A DNA stretch of 40,343 nucleotides from Elsinoe ampelina (lineage: Eukaryota): NCBI GenBank assembly GCA_010093995.1, contig ML992508.1:124001-164343 (forward strand), read 5' to 3'. A model generated the notes under the pieces. It did not search any database and was not told the origin of the DNA. It saw only the letters and a program-made list of their open reading frames with translations. Shown one piece after another: positions 24,618 through 37,705 of the stretch. The position numbers were made by a program, and so were the translations under genes. How positions within the stretch are numbered: position 1 is the stretch's first letter; every line of letters begins with the position of its first letter.

Positions 24618-25945
24618 TTGCGGCAGATCAATGATTTGACAGACGGGTCTTGCTGGAAGCCCTGAATGAGCACATGTCTTTCGGCGGATCGTGCGTATTT
24701 AGTGCCCAAGATTGGTTCACACCATGACTATGCAGCCGTCCACCGTGCTCGATCACGATTCGCCCTACCATGCTGTCGGAATGAGAAGATGGACCCGAGC
24801 TCGAAAATGCAGCTTGCGCGGCGGGCTACTCTTCGTAGGAGAGAGCGAGACAGTTTAACGTGCGCCATGGGGGTTTGCAGCTCCCCCCCCTTTGCAGGCC
24901 CACGGCGGCAAGCTCGCTAATTTAACTCGATATAGAGACGGGCCGCGTCATGCCGAGAAGCGACGCCTATCGGCGCACGAGCCGCAGCTCCGGTATTTGG
25001 CTTAAATAGGCAATCGAGAAATCCCCAAGTTTTGCTCGATAGCTTTAGTATTAACTACCTAATTACTATAATATACCCTCTTCTAGAACTACTACTATAT
25101 ACTATAAAGAGGCAATTTAAGCTACAATTACTAAATATTATGCCTCTAAACACTCTCTGAGCTTTAAAAAGCTTGCCTATTACTATCTAGAAGTAGTTAT
25201 AACAACTCTATTATACTATATTTAGGGCCTCTATACTATATAGTTAAGCGTAGCTATACTATAATAATAACTTACCCCTACGTAAGAGAAGGCCTTAGTT
25301 AGATATATTAAGTATCTTATTAATAGTAGATACTCTCCTACTTATACTATAATTAGTAAACTTACTAATTAAATTATCTAGTATAACTAGATAAATAACT
25401 TCTCTCTCTCTTACTAGTCTTAGTCTTAGCCTATTAGCAAAAACTAGCCTTATAAGTTCCTTAAATATTATCTAGAACTATCCCTTAAGCGTACTTAAGC
25501 TCTTAATAGTAAAAGAGCAAATAAGAACTAAGATCTAGCTTCTATTAAGTTGTAGTTTAGCACCTTAGAAGCGATAATTAACTAGTATAATATTAATAGT
25601 TAGAACATATATAATATAGATAAGACTAGATATATAATAGGCTAAACTAGCCTAGCTTAGTTAGTTATTAAGAGAGACTTAAAGGCACTAATACGCTACT
25701 AACTAGAGAATAGAATATAGGCTACAACTATTAAGACTCTAAGTGCTAGTAGCTATTAAATACCTCTCTATATTATCATTAAAGGTAGTAATATTAATAT
25801 TAATTAGAGCTACTAGCTTGCTTAACTATTACTATAAGATAGCGTATAAAACAGTAAGATAGTAGTATTATAAAATAGCTAGTTAGATAAGAATTATACT
25901 ATCGAGTAGTTATACCTTTTTTGTAAGTATATAAGACTTTACTAT

Positions 25946-26148
25946 TAATTACAACTAGTAAGACAAGGGAGTTAATTACGTCTATTTATTAAGATATCGA
26001 GACTTAGAAAAAGAAGAAGAAAACTAGTATATAAAGTACATATAATATCGAGAGTAAAGTAGCTAGAAGCCTAAGCTATAATACTAAGATTACGTAACTA
26101 ATCCGAACTATATCTTAACCGAATTTAGTTTATATCTATCTTGTATTA
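25946..26148 (-). repeat. 3' LTR of Gypsy-2
   Basis: 203-bp direct repeat of 32036-32238. Confidence 0.93.
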
Positions 26149-27745
26149 CTACTCTCTCTCTTAAATGTGTTTACTCTTAAATACTATTATATAGTTCGTT
26201 CCTTATTAATCTAGCTTAGATAAGGCTTATCTACGTAAGAATCTAGATAGTTATATAGTATATTAGCTACTCCTTTAAGGTTATTAATTAGCTACTAGGT
26301 AAGATCCTTTAGATAGCTCTTCTAGCTTATATAAGTAACTAGCTTCCCTTATAGTATATATATATTAATTACGTTGTCTACCTTATACTCTTTCTACTAT
26401 CGACCTCTACTAGAGGTAGTTCCTTAAAGGCTTAGCCTAGTAAGGGGTTATTTAGATACTTAGTAAGGAGATTAGCGTAGAATATAGAGTAAATTCTTTA
26501 TAGTATAGCTAGTAGATCGAGCTTATATACTAATAGTAACTACTTTTTAAGGATCTTATAAGGACTAACATACTTTAGTAGTAGCTTTAGATTGCTCTAT
26601 AGCCGGAGGTTCTTCGTTAATAACTATACTAAATCGCTAGCTTTAAACTCTATTAGCTAGCGGTGTTTATTAGCTTACTCTACTATTCGTAACTAAGTAA
26701 TAGTAAGGTTAGCTTTAGCAATAGTAAGAGCTTCTTCTAGTTGTTTAGCAAGCGCGCAAATGTCGGCCTTATTAAGCTTAGCTCTTGTTAATAGTACGTT
26801 AGAAGAGAGCTAGAAGCTTAGCCTTAGCTTATATCCTCTTATAACCTCGAACGGTAATAGCTTAGTACTTTCTAAGGAGTTAGCGTTAGTAGAGAACTCT
26901 ATAACTAGTAGAATAAGGGTCTAATTACTAAACTATGTTATATAGGACTAGATAACTCGTTTAAACTTTTAGTTTATAACTTCTAATTAGCTATCTATTT
27001 AAGAGTAGCTAGCGGTAAATAGCTTAGCTATAATCTTTAGGATCTAGTAGAGCCTCTTCTATATATTACTAACGAACTAAGAGCCGTAGTCGGAGGTAAT
27101 ACTATCTAGTAGGCTATATAGTTTCTATACGTAGAAGAATAATAGCTTAGCTATCTCGAACGTAGAGGTCCCTTCTTCTCTCTAGAAGTAAGAGATTAAG
27201 TGTCGCTCCTTAGATAAGCGATTAATAATATATAGTACTACGTTATAGCTATCTACTAGAGGTAGGCTAGTAATAAAGTCTATAGTAATATATTGCTAAG
27301 GTCTTACTAGAATAGGTAATAGCGATAGGAGGCTAGCTAGTAAGCTATAGCGAGCCTTTAAGCGCTTATAGTTATAATAGTTAGTAACGAACCTCTTAAC
27401 ATTAGAATCGTACTCGAGGATATAGAAAGTAGACTTAATTATAGTAGCTATCTTAGTAGCTCCTTCGTATATATAATTCTTCGATATATAGACCTCTTAG
27501 ATAACTTTCGTAGCTATAGAGAAAGGCACGATTAATTAGCTAACGGTATATAGTATTCTCTTCTCGATTATAACATTAGTTAATAGTAACTATTTCCTCT
27601 TTAGAAAGGCTTCTATTATATAGTAGATACTACGAACTATCTCGAAGTTAGAGTCTTATAAGTTAGCTTTAGCTACTTTATCGAAAAGGAGTAAAGGCTC
27701 TTCTATAGCGGAGATAGGTGCTATATAAGTGCCTAGCTCGCGAGC

Positions 27746-27845
27746 CGAAATAGGTAGCAAAATAGGTAGCGAAATAGGTAGCGAAATAGGTAGCGAAATA
27801 GAAGGTAAAATAGAAAGTAAAATAGAAGGTAAAATAGGTAGCGAA
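27746..27845. repeat. 12-bp minisatellite (~8 copies, CGAAATAGGTAG / TAAAATAGAAGG) inside Gypsy-2 pol
   Basis: Directly visible tandem array, unit length divisible by 3, between RNase H and integrase. Confidence 0.85.
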
Positions 27846-30800
27846 CTAGTTTACGAACTAGATACTAAACTAGATCCTAGTTTAGCTTAGATTAGTAATC
27901 TAGTTTAGATACGACCTAGATTTAGTTTGTTAATAATACGCTAATCTAGCACTTTATATAGTAATAGTGTCTAGCGTAGATTAGAGTCTTCCTTTGAGTA
28001 TAATACGTCTCTATTCCTCCTCGTAAGAGCGTTAGCCTTACTGTTAGTAGCGCTAGGCCTATATATAATCTTAAAGTTAAACTATACAAGGTAGAGGGCC
28101 TAGTATACTTAGCAGCGTAATAGCTTTTAAGTCTTTATAAAGTATATTAGGGATTAGTAGTTAGTAAGGACATAGATAGCCTTATTAGATTAAGTACTTA
28201 TAAGCTTAGAGGCCTATTTCTTAAAGGCTTAGACAATTACTAATAGCTTCTTATTATAGATTACGTAGTTACGTTCGGCTTTGCTTATAGATTTACTAAA
28301 GAAGGTAATAGACTAGAGAATATTAGAATTGTTATATTATAATAGAATTCTAGCGGTAGTAGTGTTAGAGGCGTTAGTCTTAATAACTACTTACTTTAAG
28401 CAATTAAAGTACACTAAGATAGAGACACTTATAATAGTATACTTTATATAGTTAAACGTAGTAGTATACTTATTATTCTACGGCGTAGTATCCTTCTTAA
28501 GTAGGTCGTTTAATAGCTTAGTAATAGTGCTAAATCCCTTAATAAAGTAGTAATAGTAGCTGTAGAAACTAATAAAGCTTCTTACCTAAGTAGTGTTACT
28601 AGAGGCTAGTTATTTCTAGGCTTATATAGCTTTAACCTTTTTTAGATCTATCTTAACTCTATCTTAACTAATAATAATACTAAGATACTTTACTTCTATT
28701 AGGTAAAACTTACTCTTCTTAATGTTAGTATTTAGGCCTAAATTATAGAGATGTTAGAGTACTAGCTTAATATACTTAGCGTGCTCTCGGCAAGTGCTGT
28801 TAGTATAGATAAGAATATTATTAAAATAGATTAACACGAAGCGCTTAAGTATATCGACGAAGTTGTAATTTATAAATCTCTACTATACTATAGAGGCATT
28901 AGTAAGGCTAAATAGTATTACTAACTACTTAAAGTTACTTATATATATAAAGAATATAGTAAGGTCTTTACTATCGACGGAGTTATAGAGGTAGTAGAAG
29001 GCTTAATAGATGTTAATCTTACTAAACTATTTAGCTTTACTTACGCGCGTAAGTATTTCTTCGATAAGAGATAGAGAATAGATATCTTACTTAGTTACCT
29101 TATTAAGGCCGTAGTAATCGATATAAAGGCGAAGTCTACTATTAGACTTATAAACAAAGAGAATAGGCGAGGAATAGCTAGCTAAGCTTAGCGTAATAAA
29201 GCCTTTATCGAGGTACTTACGGATAAACTATTCTACTATATCGAGCTCTTCTAGTAATAGGCAGTATAGAGGTTTAGTATATAGTAGTTTAGCTCTATTC
29301 TTAAGTGTAATCCGATTGTCGAAATCCGGCCGATATAGAGGAAGTATATTAGATTACTCTTTAAAGAAGATATTAGTAAACTCTTATAGCTTCTCTAGGA
29401 GAACTACTATAGAGTCTAGTTCTAGTTCGGAGGCTATTTAGTAGTAGTCCTTAATATTCTTTACTAAAATTATAAACACCTTATTCTCTTAGTATTTAGC
29501 TACTAATATAAAGGTAGCGGCGCTAATAAAAGTAATAGTTAGCTCTTCTTACTTAGTATTACTTACGTAGGCAAATACGTAGGAGAACTTATATATTAAC
29601 TAAGTACTATAAGAGATTAGCTTAAACTCCCTCTAATTCGGCTTAAAGTTTGACTTAAGAGCTAGTAGCTAATATAGTCTAGTTCGTCCTAACTTAGTAG
29701 CTAAGCTAGAACTTAGTTTATAAGTTAGACTAGAACCGAACTAGTTCTAAACTAGGGCGGCGGCTTTACCGAGCTAGATTTCTAGATCTAAGCTAGGCTT
29801 AGATCTAGATTCTAGCCTTTTAATTAGCTACGGTAGCTTCTACTTAATAACTATCGGCGAAAACTCTTCTTTATATATAACTTAGCTATACTTATAGTTA
29901 ATAGTAGCCCTATTAGCCTTAAGCTAGCTAAGGCTAAGAATAATATTAAATCGGCTAATATCTATAATATAAAAGGTAGTAAGGTTATTTAGCTTACTAG
30001 AAATAGTAGTAGTAAGGGGAATACTATATGTAACTTACTCTATTAGAACACTATTATAGGCTTAAAGCTAAATAGAGCTAGCTAGTACTATAGAGTAGCC
30101 GAAGCTCTTTAGCTTATTAAGAACGTTATAATTAACTACGGCGCTAATAAGCGCGCTAGTGTTAATAAAGGCTTAAAGCGTAATAGTGTAAGAGTAGTTA
30201 TAAGAGTTATAAATAGTAATAGAAGTTATAATAGCAGGGATATAGTAGCTAATAATGCTATTTAGTAACTATATACCTCCGGATCTATCTCGAATTACTC
30301 TTATTTTACTAGAGAATAGAACTTATCCTTTAGCTACTTATTTCCCTAGCTAGAGTAGCTAGTAGACTTATAGTCTATTTCGGAGTTAAACTAAGACTAA
30401 ACTAGATCTAGTTTATAGGCCGAACTAGTATCGACCTAGTTACTTAATTCGGCTAAGCAATTCTAAAGCTACTATATCTCCTCTATAGCACTAATATATA
30501 TAGGGTATATAGTAGCGTAAGTAGCCTTCTCTAAGGCGCTAGCTATATACTTAGTAGAGATATGTCTAGGCTTACTACATATGTAATAGGTAAGTGCTAG
30601 AGCTAGACGAAAAGGCTATAGAGCACCTCTAGTAATAGAGTAGAAGGTAGATAGAGCTATAGGCATAGAGGTAAAATAAGGTACGTAAGTAGGTATAGTA
30701 GTAGCATAGCTTATAGCTAGTATAGAACGTAAAGCCTAAGTGTACTTAGTAATAAGGTTATTCTATTAGATATTATAATTAGTAGCGTAGGCCTTAGTAA

Positions 30801-32035
30801 TAAAAGTAGTAAGGTTATTAGTGTCGTAGTTAACTAGAGTATTACGTAGCTTATTAAATATCTTCTAATAGATCTAGTATAGCTACTCCTCTTTAGCGAT
30901 CTTAGCGTAAAGAGCATACTTATTAAACTTACTAATAAAGAAGTTAAACGTGCTATTACGCTAGAAGAGGTTAGTAAACTAAGTACGTATAGTAGCTCTA
31001 TAGTTAGGATCCTTAAAGCGCTAGGCTAGAAAGGTAAGAACCTCTTTAACGCTAATAACGTTATTACTAGCTAAGTCTATAATAAGAGTATAGGCTTCTC
31101 TAGAGAGGTATAAGTATAGATAGATAAACTAGGTATCTCTTATAGAGAAATAATCTATATTAGTATATATCTTGTTCCTTATCTAGTACTTAAAGACCTC
31201 GAACTACTCTAGTGTACCTATACTAAAGATAGTAGAGTCTAGTATCTTTTCTAATAAGGTAGAGCCGCGTATAGAAAGAGCTAGTATACTATACTCTATC
31301 TCGTTTTTTAGTTAGTTTACCTTAGTCTTAAGCTCTTAGATTTTGTCTAGGTAGTAAGTAGCTTAGGTAGTAACGCCGTTAGTATAGAACTAAGATGCGT
31401 CTAGTTTAGATTAGAGATTACCGAGCTAGGCCTAAGTAGTATCTAACTTATAGTAATAGTAGAGAGCGTTAGTATAAGTGCCTTTTACCTACGTAGTTTA
31501 CTTATTATAGAAGGACTTAATATAGTTAAATACGTCTCTTAGTGCCTATATACTATACTCTTTCTATAGCTTCTTAAGAAGTATAGCGTCGAAGAGGGCA
31601 AAAAGATTATAGTAGAGAGAGTAGATAGAGGTGTTATTATTATTAGAGATAGGTTAAGGTAGCTTACTTTAGTAGCGCTCTTCGTCGCTATAGTTAGATT
31701 AAGCTATACTCGGCATAGTTAGTCATAAATAAAATAGTATAAAACGTTAATACGTAATAAAGAGAATATTAAAATTTTTAGCTAGTAGTTTACTTTCTTT
31801 AAGAGTTATCTATAACTCGACTTATTACCTTCTTCTTATATCTTTAAGGTTCGCGGTATTAACTTATATAGTAGTAGCGAGGATCTATTATAATATATGC
31901 GGAAACTATAGTTATAATAGCTTCTTTTTTAATTCTTTATAAGTAGTAGTTATTAGTAGTTATATAAGTAGTAGAATAACTAGATAATTCGATAGCTCTA
32001 TTGCTTAGTTATAGTTGTTCGAAGTCTCGATATAG

Positions 32036-32238
32036 TAATTACAACTAGTAAGATAAGAGAGTTAATTACGTCTATTTATTAAGATATTAAGACTTAGAAA
32101 AAGAAGAAGAAAACTAGTATATAAAGCACATGTAATATTAAGGGTAGAGTAGCTAGAAGCCTAGGCCGTAATATCGAGATTATATAACTAATCCGAACTA
32201 TATCTTAACTAAATTTAGTTTATATCTATCTTGTATTA
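32036..32238 (-). repeat. 5' LTR of Gypsy-2
   Basis: Direct repeat of 25946-26148, followed by TSD ACTAT. Confidence 0.93.
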
Positions 32239-34632
32239 ACTATCTAAATTCGATAGAGGAGGTAAAAGAGAAGAATCTCTAGCACTATAAAAGGCTACTT
32301 ATAATAGATAGCTATAGTATCTATAAGTTACTCCCCTTTCTATTACTTACTTATAAGAAAGACATTATTCTTCTTGTCCTTCTTATGTATTTAATATACC
32401 TTCTTTAGCCTCTTAACATTATAATCTTTATAGCTTTAAAGGCTAATTATCGATATAAGATCTAAGCTAAAGTACACTAAGTAGTTAATAAGATTACGTA
32501 TATTAATTTTATTAAGGCCTATTTAAATATCTACGATATTACCTTTAGCTATAATACTTAACTTAACGCCTTTAAAGCTGCTAGAATCTAGCCTTATAAT
32601 CTACGCTAAGTACTTAATTAACTTAATAGCCTTATAGCTACCTTATTCTCTTAAGTCTCCTTAGATAGCTCTCTACTAGATATTACTTCTTTTACTTTTA
32701 ATATTACGCCTTAAACTTAGTATCATTTTAACTATTAGCTTAGCTATATATACTACCTTACTAACTCTATAGTAGAAGTAATAGTAGAGAAGCTATAAAA
32801 GAGCTATAATGTTACTACTAACACTAATATACTTCTTTATAAGAGAGTAGCTAAGTTAGAAGAAGAGGTAAGAACTAAAAAGACAAGGCTAAAGAATTAT
32901 ATAAAGGCTAACGTATATATACTTAATATAGAAGACTTAATTAAAAAGCATAAATAGTAATAGCTACTTAAATAGCTTAAGAAAGAGACTTATATTACTT
33001 ATACTAAGCGTTAATAGGCTTAAAAGCACTAGTAAAACTATAAGTTACTCTTTAGCTATAAAGACTTATAAACTTAAATAGTATAAACTACATATAAGCA
33101 ATTAAGGTAGTAACACCTTAACGCTATATTCTAGTATAACAATTACAAGAAGAGAATTAAGCCTTTAAAGGCCTTATCTAGCTTATAATCTAACTTATAG
33201 TTTAACTTATAATCTAGTACTTAGCTAAGTAGTTAAAGGCTAGCTAAAAAGAGGTAGTAGCGTACTTTAATCTCTTTAGTAAACTCTTTATGCTAATCTT
33301 TACCTTCTTCTTCTCTGTTACTAATACTACTATAACCTTTTATTATACCTCTCTAGCCTTACTAGTCTCTAATATTCTCCTTCTTATTTCTAGTACTACC
33401 TTTTATACTGTCGCTACTCTCTCTAGCCTTACTAACTCCTCCTCTATTAATTTTACAATTCTTACCTTAATAGCAAATATAAAGAGCTTAGATACTACTA
33501 TAGAAAGTAGTTAGCTAAAGTACTTAGAGTACTTAGAGCACTTAGCCTCTAAGTACTTAGAGCACTTAGCTTCTAGAAGTGCCGGATAGTTAAGAGTTAT
33601 AAACGCTTCTATATAATAGCTAGTGGTAATAGCTTATTACACCTTTTTTTAGCTTCAATTTTTAAGCCTTAAGAGCTAGTCTATACTACCTTTTTTTAGC
33701 TTTACGTTTTTAAGCCTCAAGAAGAAACTACACTAGGGCTTTCAGCCCGCCAAGATGTGTTTAGACCTGCCAAAAAGACGCCTTTTTACACACGCTAACG
33801 GGCGGCGATCCTACCCTCGATTTGGCAGCGCTGCAAAGGGGGGGGAGCTGCAAACCCCCATGGCGCACGTTACTCATCAGCGGTGACGAGTTTCAAGCCA
33901 CATGGTCTGTGGCATCCATGCTCTTAGCTCTCGTGGGAATTGAATGCACAATTTCTCGGCTCCATCATTCAAAGAAAGTGTCAATTTACATTTCCGAACC
34001 TCGAGCTTCTTCAGCATGCTTTTCCGAACGGAGACATTGCGTCTTTTTCAAGACCATGAAGTAAAATATATTGACAATAAGACAGCAGGGTGGCCACCAG
34101 AGACACGAACCAAACATCGTGCATGTTCCTGCGTGTGCAATCAAGGCTGACGTAGGCTGAGACCCAATGGGGTGAGAAACCGGTGACAAGCTCCTTTGGC
34201 ACTCGTCTGGTAGGCATTCGTCTACGAAGTAATACTAACTTAATACTCCTCTGGCTTCCAATCTCCACCACCACAACCACGGCCTCTGTCAAAGTTCAGA
34301 AGCAGAGACGTCCCAACAGGACCCGAGAATGGCACATTCCGTGTTGCAGTAGTGGACATACATAACATAGCTCGGGATGCACATTGAAGCGGACCAATGT
34401 CCTTCCGCCGTCGTCCGAGCGAGAGGGTCCGCGATGAAAAACAAGGCTCGGTTGAGTGTTCCGGGGCTGGGGTAAACGAATCATGCTGCATGAAGATCTG
34501 GACTTTTTCCCTCTTCTATCCTCTACACGGACAAGGTACCTCCCATCGTCCTGCCATTGCTATGCCACATGGAAATCTCTGCCATGACGGCGTCACTTCT
34601 CTTCTTCCCTTCCTATTCTCTTCTGTCTTAGT

Positions 34633-36397
34633 ATGGGACGTCTAAAGCCTGTCATCTCGAACACGGTTGGTACAGACGAACCGCGTTTGAAGCATCTTCT
34701 CCCAACTTTGAGCAAACCTTGGTGGAGAGTCAGTCACCTGCTACGGCTCAACCTTCTTCTCACGATACCTTGGGCTTCTGCCTATGTCAATGGCTATGAT
34801 AGTAGCATGCTCAATGGCACGCAATCGTTGCCAATATGGGTTGCAGGTCAGTTGTTTGAACATATCAAAAGAATAAATACCTGACCATTGGTACAGACTT
34901 TGATGATCCATCTGGATCACGACTTGGCTTGATGGTGTCCATGTCCGCCGTCGGCATGATCAGTGCGACACCATTCACTCCCACACTCGTGGACAGGCTT
35001 GGTCGAAGACATCCAATCGCTATCGGATCAATCATCTGTTGCGCAGGCACGGCTCTCCAAACTTCAGCACCAACCTTGTCGTACTTCCTGGCAGGTCGCT
35101 TCTTTCTTGGACTTGGTCTGGGTATGTCTATCGGCGCCAGCACACCACTGATGGCTGAGCTTGCGTATCCATCACATCGGGCCGTACTTACTGCCCTGTA
35201 CAACACGACATGGGTAAGTCGCGTCAAAGTCTGACAATCATTTCACTGACACGACCGTAGTACATTGGATCAATCGTAGCGGCTTGGACTACCTATGGTA
35301 CATATCAGCTGACCAATAGCTGGTCATGGCGTATTCCATCCATGCTTCAAGGTCTTGCATCAGTCTATCAGCTTCTCTTCATCTACTGGGTACCAGAATC
35401 TCCACGCTGGCTCATTTCGCGAGGTCGCGTTCGCGAAGCACGTGCAGTCCTCACCACATACCACGCTGGTGGTGACTCGACTTCGGAATTAGTGTCTTAC
35501 GAGTTGGAAGAAATCACGTCTGCTATTGAGATGGAAAAGCGGCTTGAGACCACAACTTACCTCACATTCTTCAGCACGCGTGGTAACATGTGGAGACTGT
35601 TCATTACAATCACCTTCGGCCTCATTGTACAATGGGGCGGCAGTGGTCTGGTATCTTATTACCTCATATTAGTCCTGGAATCTGTCGGCATCACCTCTGG
35701 CTCGACGCAGAACCTCATCAATGGTGCACTGCAGATCTTCAATCTTGTTGTCGCGGTACTTGCAGCAACGACAGTCGATCGCTTTGGAAGGCGTATTCTG
35801 CTGCTCACTTCTCTGACTGGTATGTTCGCGACATTCGGCGTTTGGACCACTGTCTCGGCTCTACACGAGCAGAGTAATTTCACCAACGCTGGTCTGGGTC
35901 ACGCAGTAGTAGTCATGATCTTCGTCTTCTACGGCTTCTACAACATCGCATTCAATCCGCTACCATTCGCATACGTACTGGAGATCATGCCCTTTAGTCT
36001 GCGTGCTAAAGGCATAACAATTCTCCAAGCAAACACACTAGGTGCACTCCTCTTCAATTCATTTGTGAACCCGATAGCACTAGAAGAGATGGGATGGAGA
36101 TACTACATCGTGTACCTAGGGTTACTGGTACTCTGGTTCGCCATCATCTACTTCACCTACCCAGAGACGAAAGGCTTGAGCCTCGAGGAGGTCGCCATTG
36201 TCTTTGATGGTCCATCCGGACGGCCGTCGCTAGCGAGGAGTACAACCAATGAGTCGGAGAATAGACAAGGGTACCAGAGACATCCCGAGAGTGACAGCCA
36301 GACCGATATGGTCGCGCATGGGCATAGTGAGACGTATGAGCTGCCGCCCATCTCTTCGCTGGAGAGGGTGAATGTCGCCTGGATAGATAAAGTCTAG
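34633..36397 (+). CDS. MFS sugar porter, lactose permease / cellodextrin transporter-like; introns 34847-34896 and 35214-35260
   Basis: NGYDSSMLNG, DRLGRR, ELAYPSHR, YNTTW|YIGS, SWSWRIP, PESPRWL, DRFGRR, PETKGLSLEE. Confidence 0.93.
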
Positions 36398-36960
36398 TCT
36401 TCATGATTGACATGCTTCTTGAGCCCATGATCCCTCGCATATCAACATATGTCCTCTTGGCTATGCGTTCCCATATCGCTTCCGTAATGGCAGGTGAGAC
36501 TACTCTGTGCATCCGTCCGATCCCCACGCTGGAGCATGACTTACACACCTTGTGGATGCCGCTTTCGTGAAAGGTTTACCAAGGAATGAATAGGCCGGGA
36601 TGAACTTACACACGAGCGGCGATAATTTCTGGGAAGCTGCGGTAACGCGATTTGCTGTGTGCAGCAAGAGGGCTCTATCCGACATAGCATGCTCTCCAAT
36701 GCAGGGTCCAGCCTCCAACACGCCTCCACACGTCTCCAACTGTAGCTTGACGCCATTCACATGCAGGGCAAACGTCAGTGCAGCTAAATCCATGCGCAAC
36801 AACTTCTCCACCAAAAGTCACCGTGCTTCGAATAAGAGTGAATCCAAGGTAAGTTCATCATCTACATCTCATCTATATTTTCTGCCTCCCCGAACAACCA
36901 CTACCTCACCACCAACCACACCTCCACCACCAGCTCAGCACCAACACCACAACCACAACC

Positions 36961-37705
36961 ATGGCCCCGCCCCCACCCCTCATCCTCCACGCCCACTCCA
37001 CCGGTCCCAACCCCTACAAAATCGCCATCGCCCTCGAACTCCTCTCCATCCCCTACCAAGTCAAAAAATGGGACTTCTCCGACTCCGCCTCGGGAGTCAA
37101 AGGTCCAGACTTCCTCTCCATCAACGAGAACGGCCGCGTCCCCGCCCTCGAAGACCCCCAAACCGGCGTCGTGAGCTGGGAGAGCGGGGCGGTGATGAAC
37201 TACTTGCGGAGGAGGTATGATACCGAGAACAAGCTGGGGCCGAAGGGGAAGGACGGGGGCGAGCCGACGGAGCAGGAGAGGGTGGATGCCGAGAAGTGGG
37301 AGTACCTACTTGTGTCGACGGTGGGGCCGATGATTGGGCAGACGAATTGGTTCAGGTAAGGCATACTCCGCGAAGAGCATGGTTAGTGGATGAGGTACTG
37401 ATGGAAGCAGGCACTACAACACAACCAAGAACGAGGACGCACTCAGGCGGTACGAAGCCCAGTCTTACAGATGTTTCGGCGTCATTGAAGGCCAATTGAA
37501 GAAGACGGGCGGGGAGAGCTTCCTGCCTGGTGGGATCAGCTATGTGGACCTGCACTACGAGCCGTGGATTAGGCAGTATGAGTTTGCTGGGTTGAGTCTG
37601 GATGAGTATCCGAATCTGAAGAAGTGGTTGGGGAAGATGAAGGAGCTGGAGGTGGTGAAGAGGGCGTACAAGAAGGTGGCGGACGCGCCGGAGCCAGGCG
37701 CTTAG
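36961..37705 (+). CDS. Glutathione S-transferase, Ure2p-like class; intron 37356-37410
   Basis: GPNPYKIAIALE, INENGRVPALED, WESGAV, GPMIGQTNWFR|HY, YPNLKKW. Confidence 0.93.

Larger units (their letters stand above)
25946..32238 (-). mobile_element. RIP-inactivated full-length Ty3/Gypsy LTR retrotransposon (Gypsy-2, 6293 bp), probable chromovirus
   Basis: 203-bp LTRs, TSD ACTAT (25941-25945, 32239-32243), PPT GAGAGAGAGTAG. Minus-strand CCHC CYICGKPGHISTKC-like (~30545-30595), RT YFNN=YFDD (28817-28828), integrase TASHPQTDGQSE-like (~26980-27016), chromodomain-like tail (~26285-26400). Confidence 0.93.
24858..33870 (+). mobile_element. RIP-inactivated Fot1/pogo DNA transposon (~2.7 kb: 24858-25945 plus 32244-33870), interrupted by a Gypsy element
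   Basis: TA flanks at 24856-24857 and 33871-33872. Perfect 40-bp TIRs starting ACGT (24858-24897, 33831-33870). De-RIP motifs IYNMDETG (~25608-25635), RLLIMDGHGIH (~32293-32323), HSTHLLQPLD (~32385-32417). Confidence 0.93.

Noticed and set aside
27746..27845. Regular repeats as a CRISPR-like array
   Set aside because: Head-to-tail 12-mers with no spacers, inside a retroelement in a eukaryote.
33290..33514. 74-aa hydrophobic ORF in the AT island
   Set aside because: RIP-derived low-complexity sequence inside the Fot1 element.
14490..37705. Peroxygenase, GluRS, MFS and GST as one secondary-metabolite cluster
   Set aside because: No PKS, NRPS, terpene synthase or repeat-core RiPP precursor; GDE1 is housekeeping and the transporter is a sugar porter.
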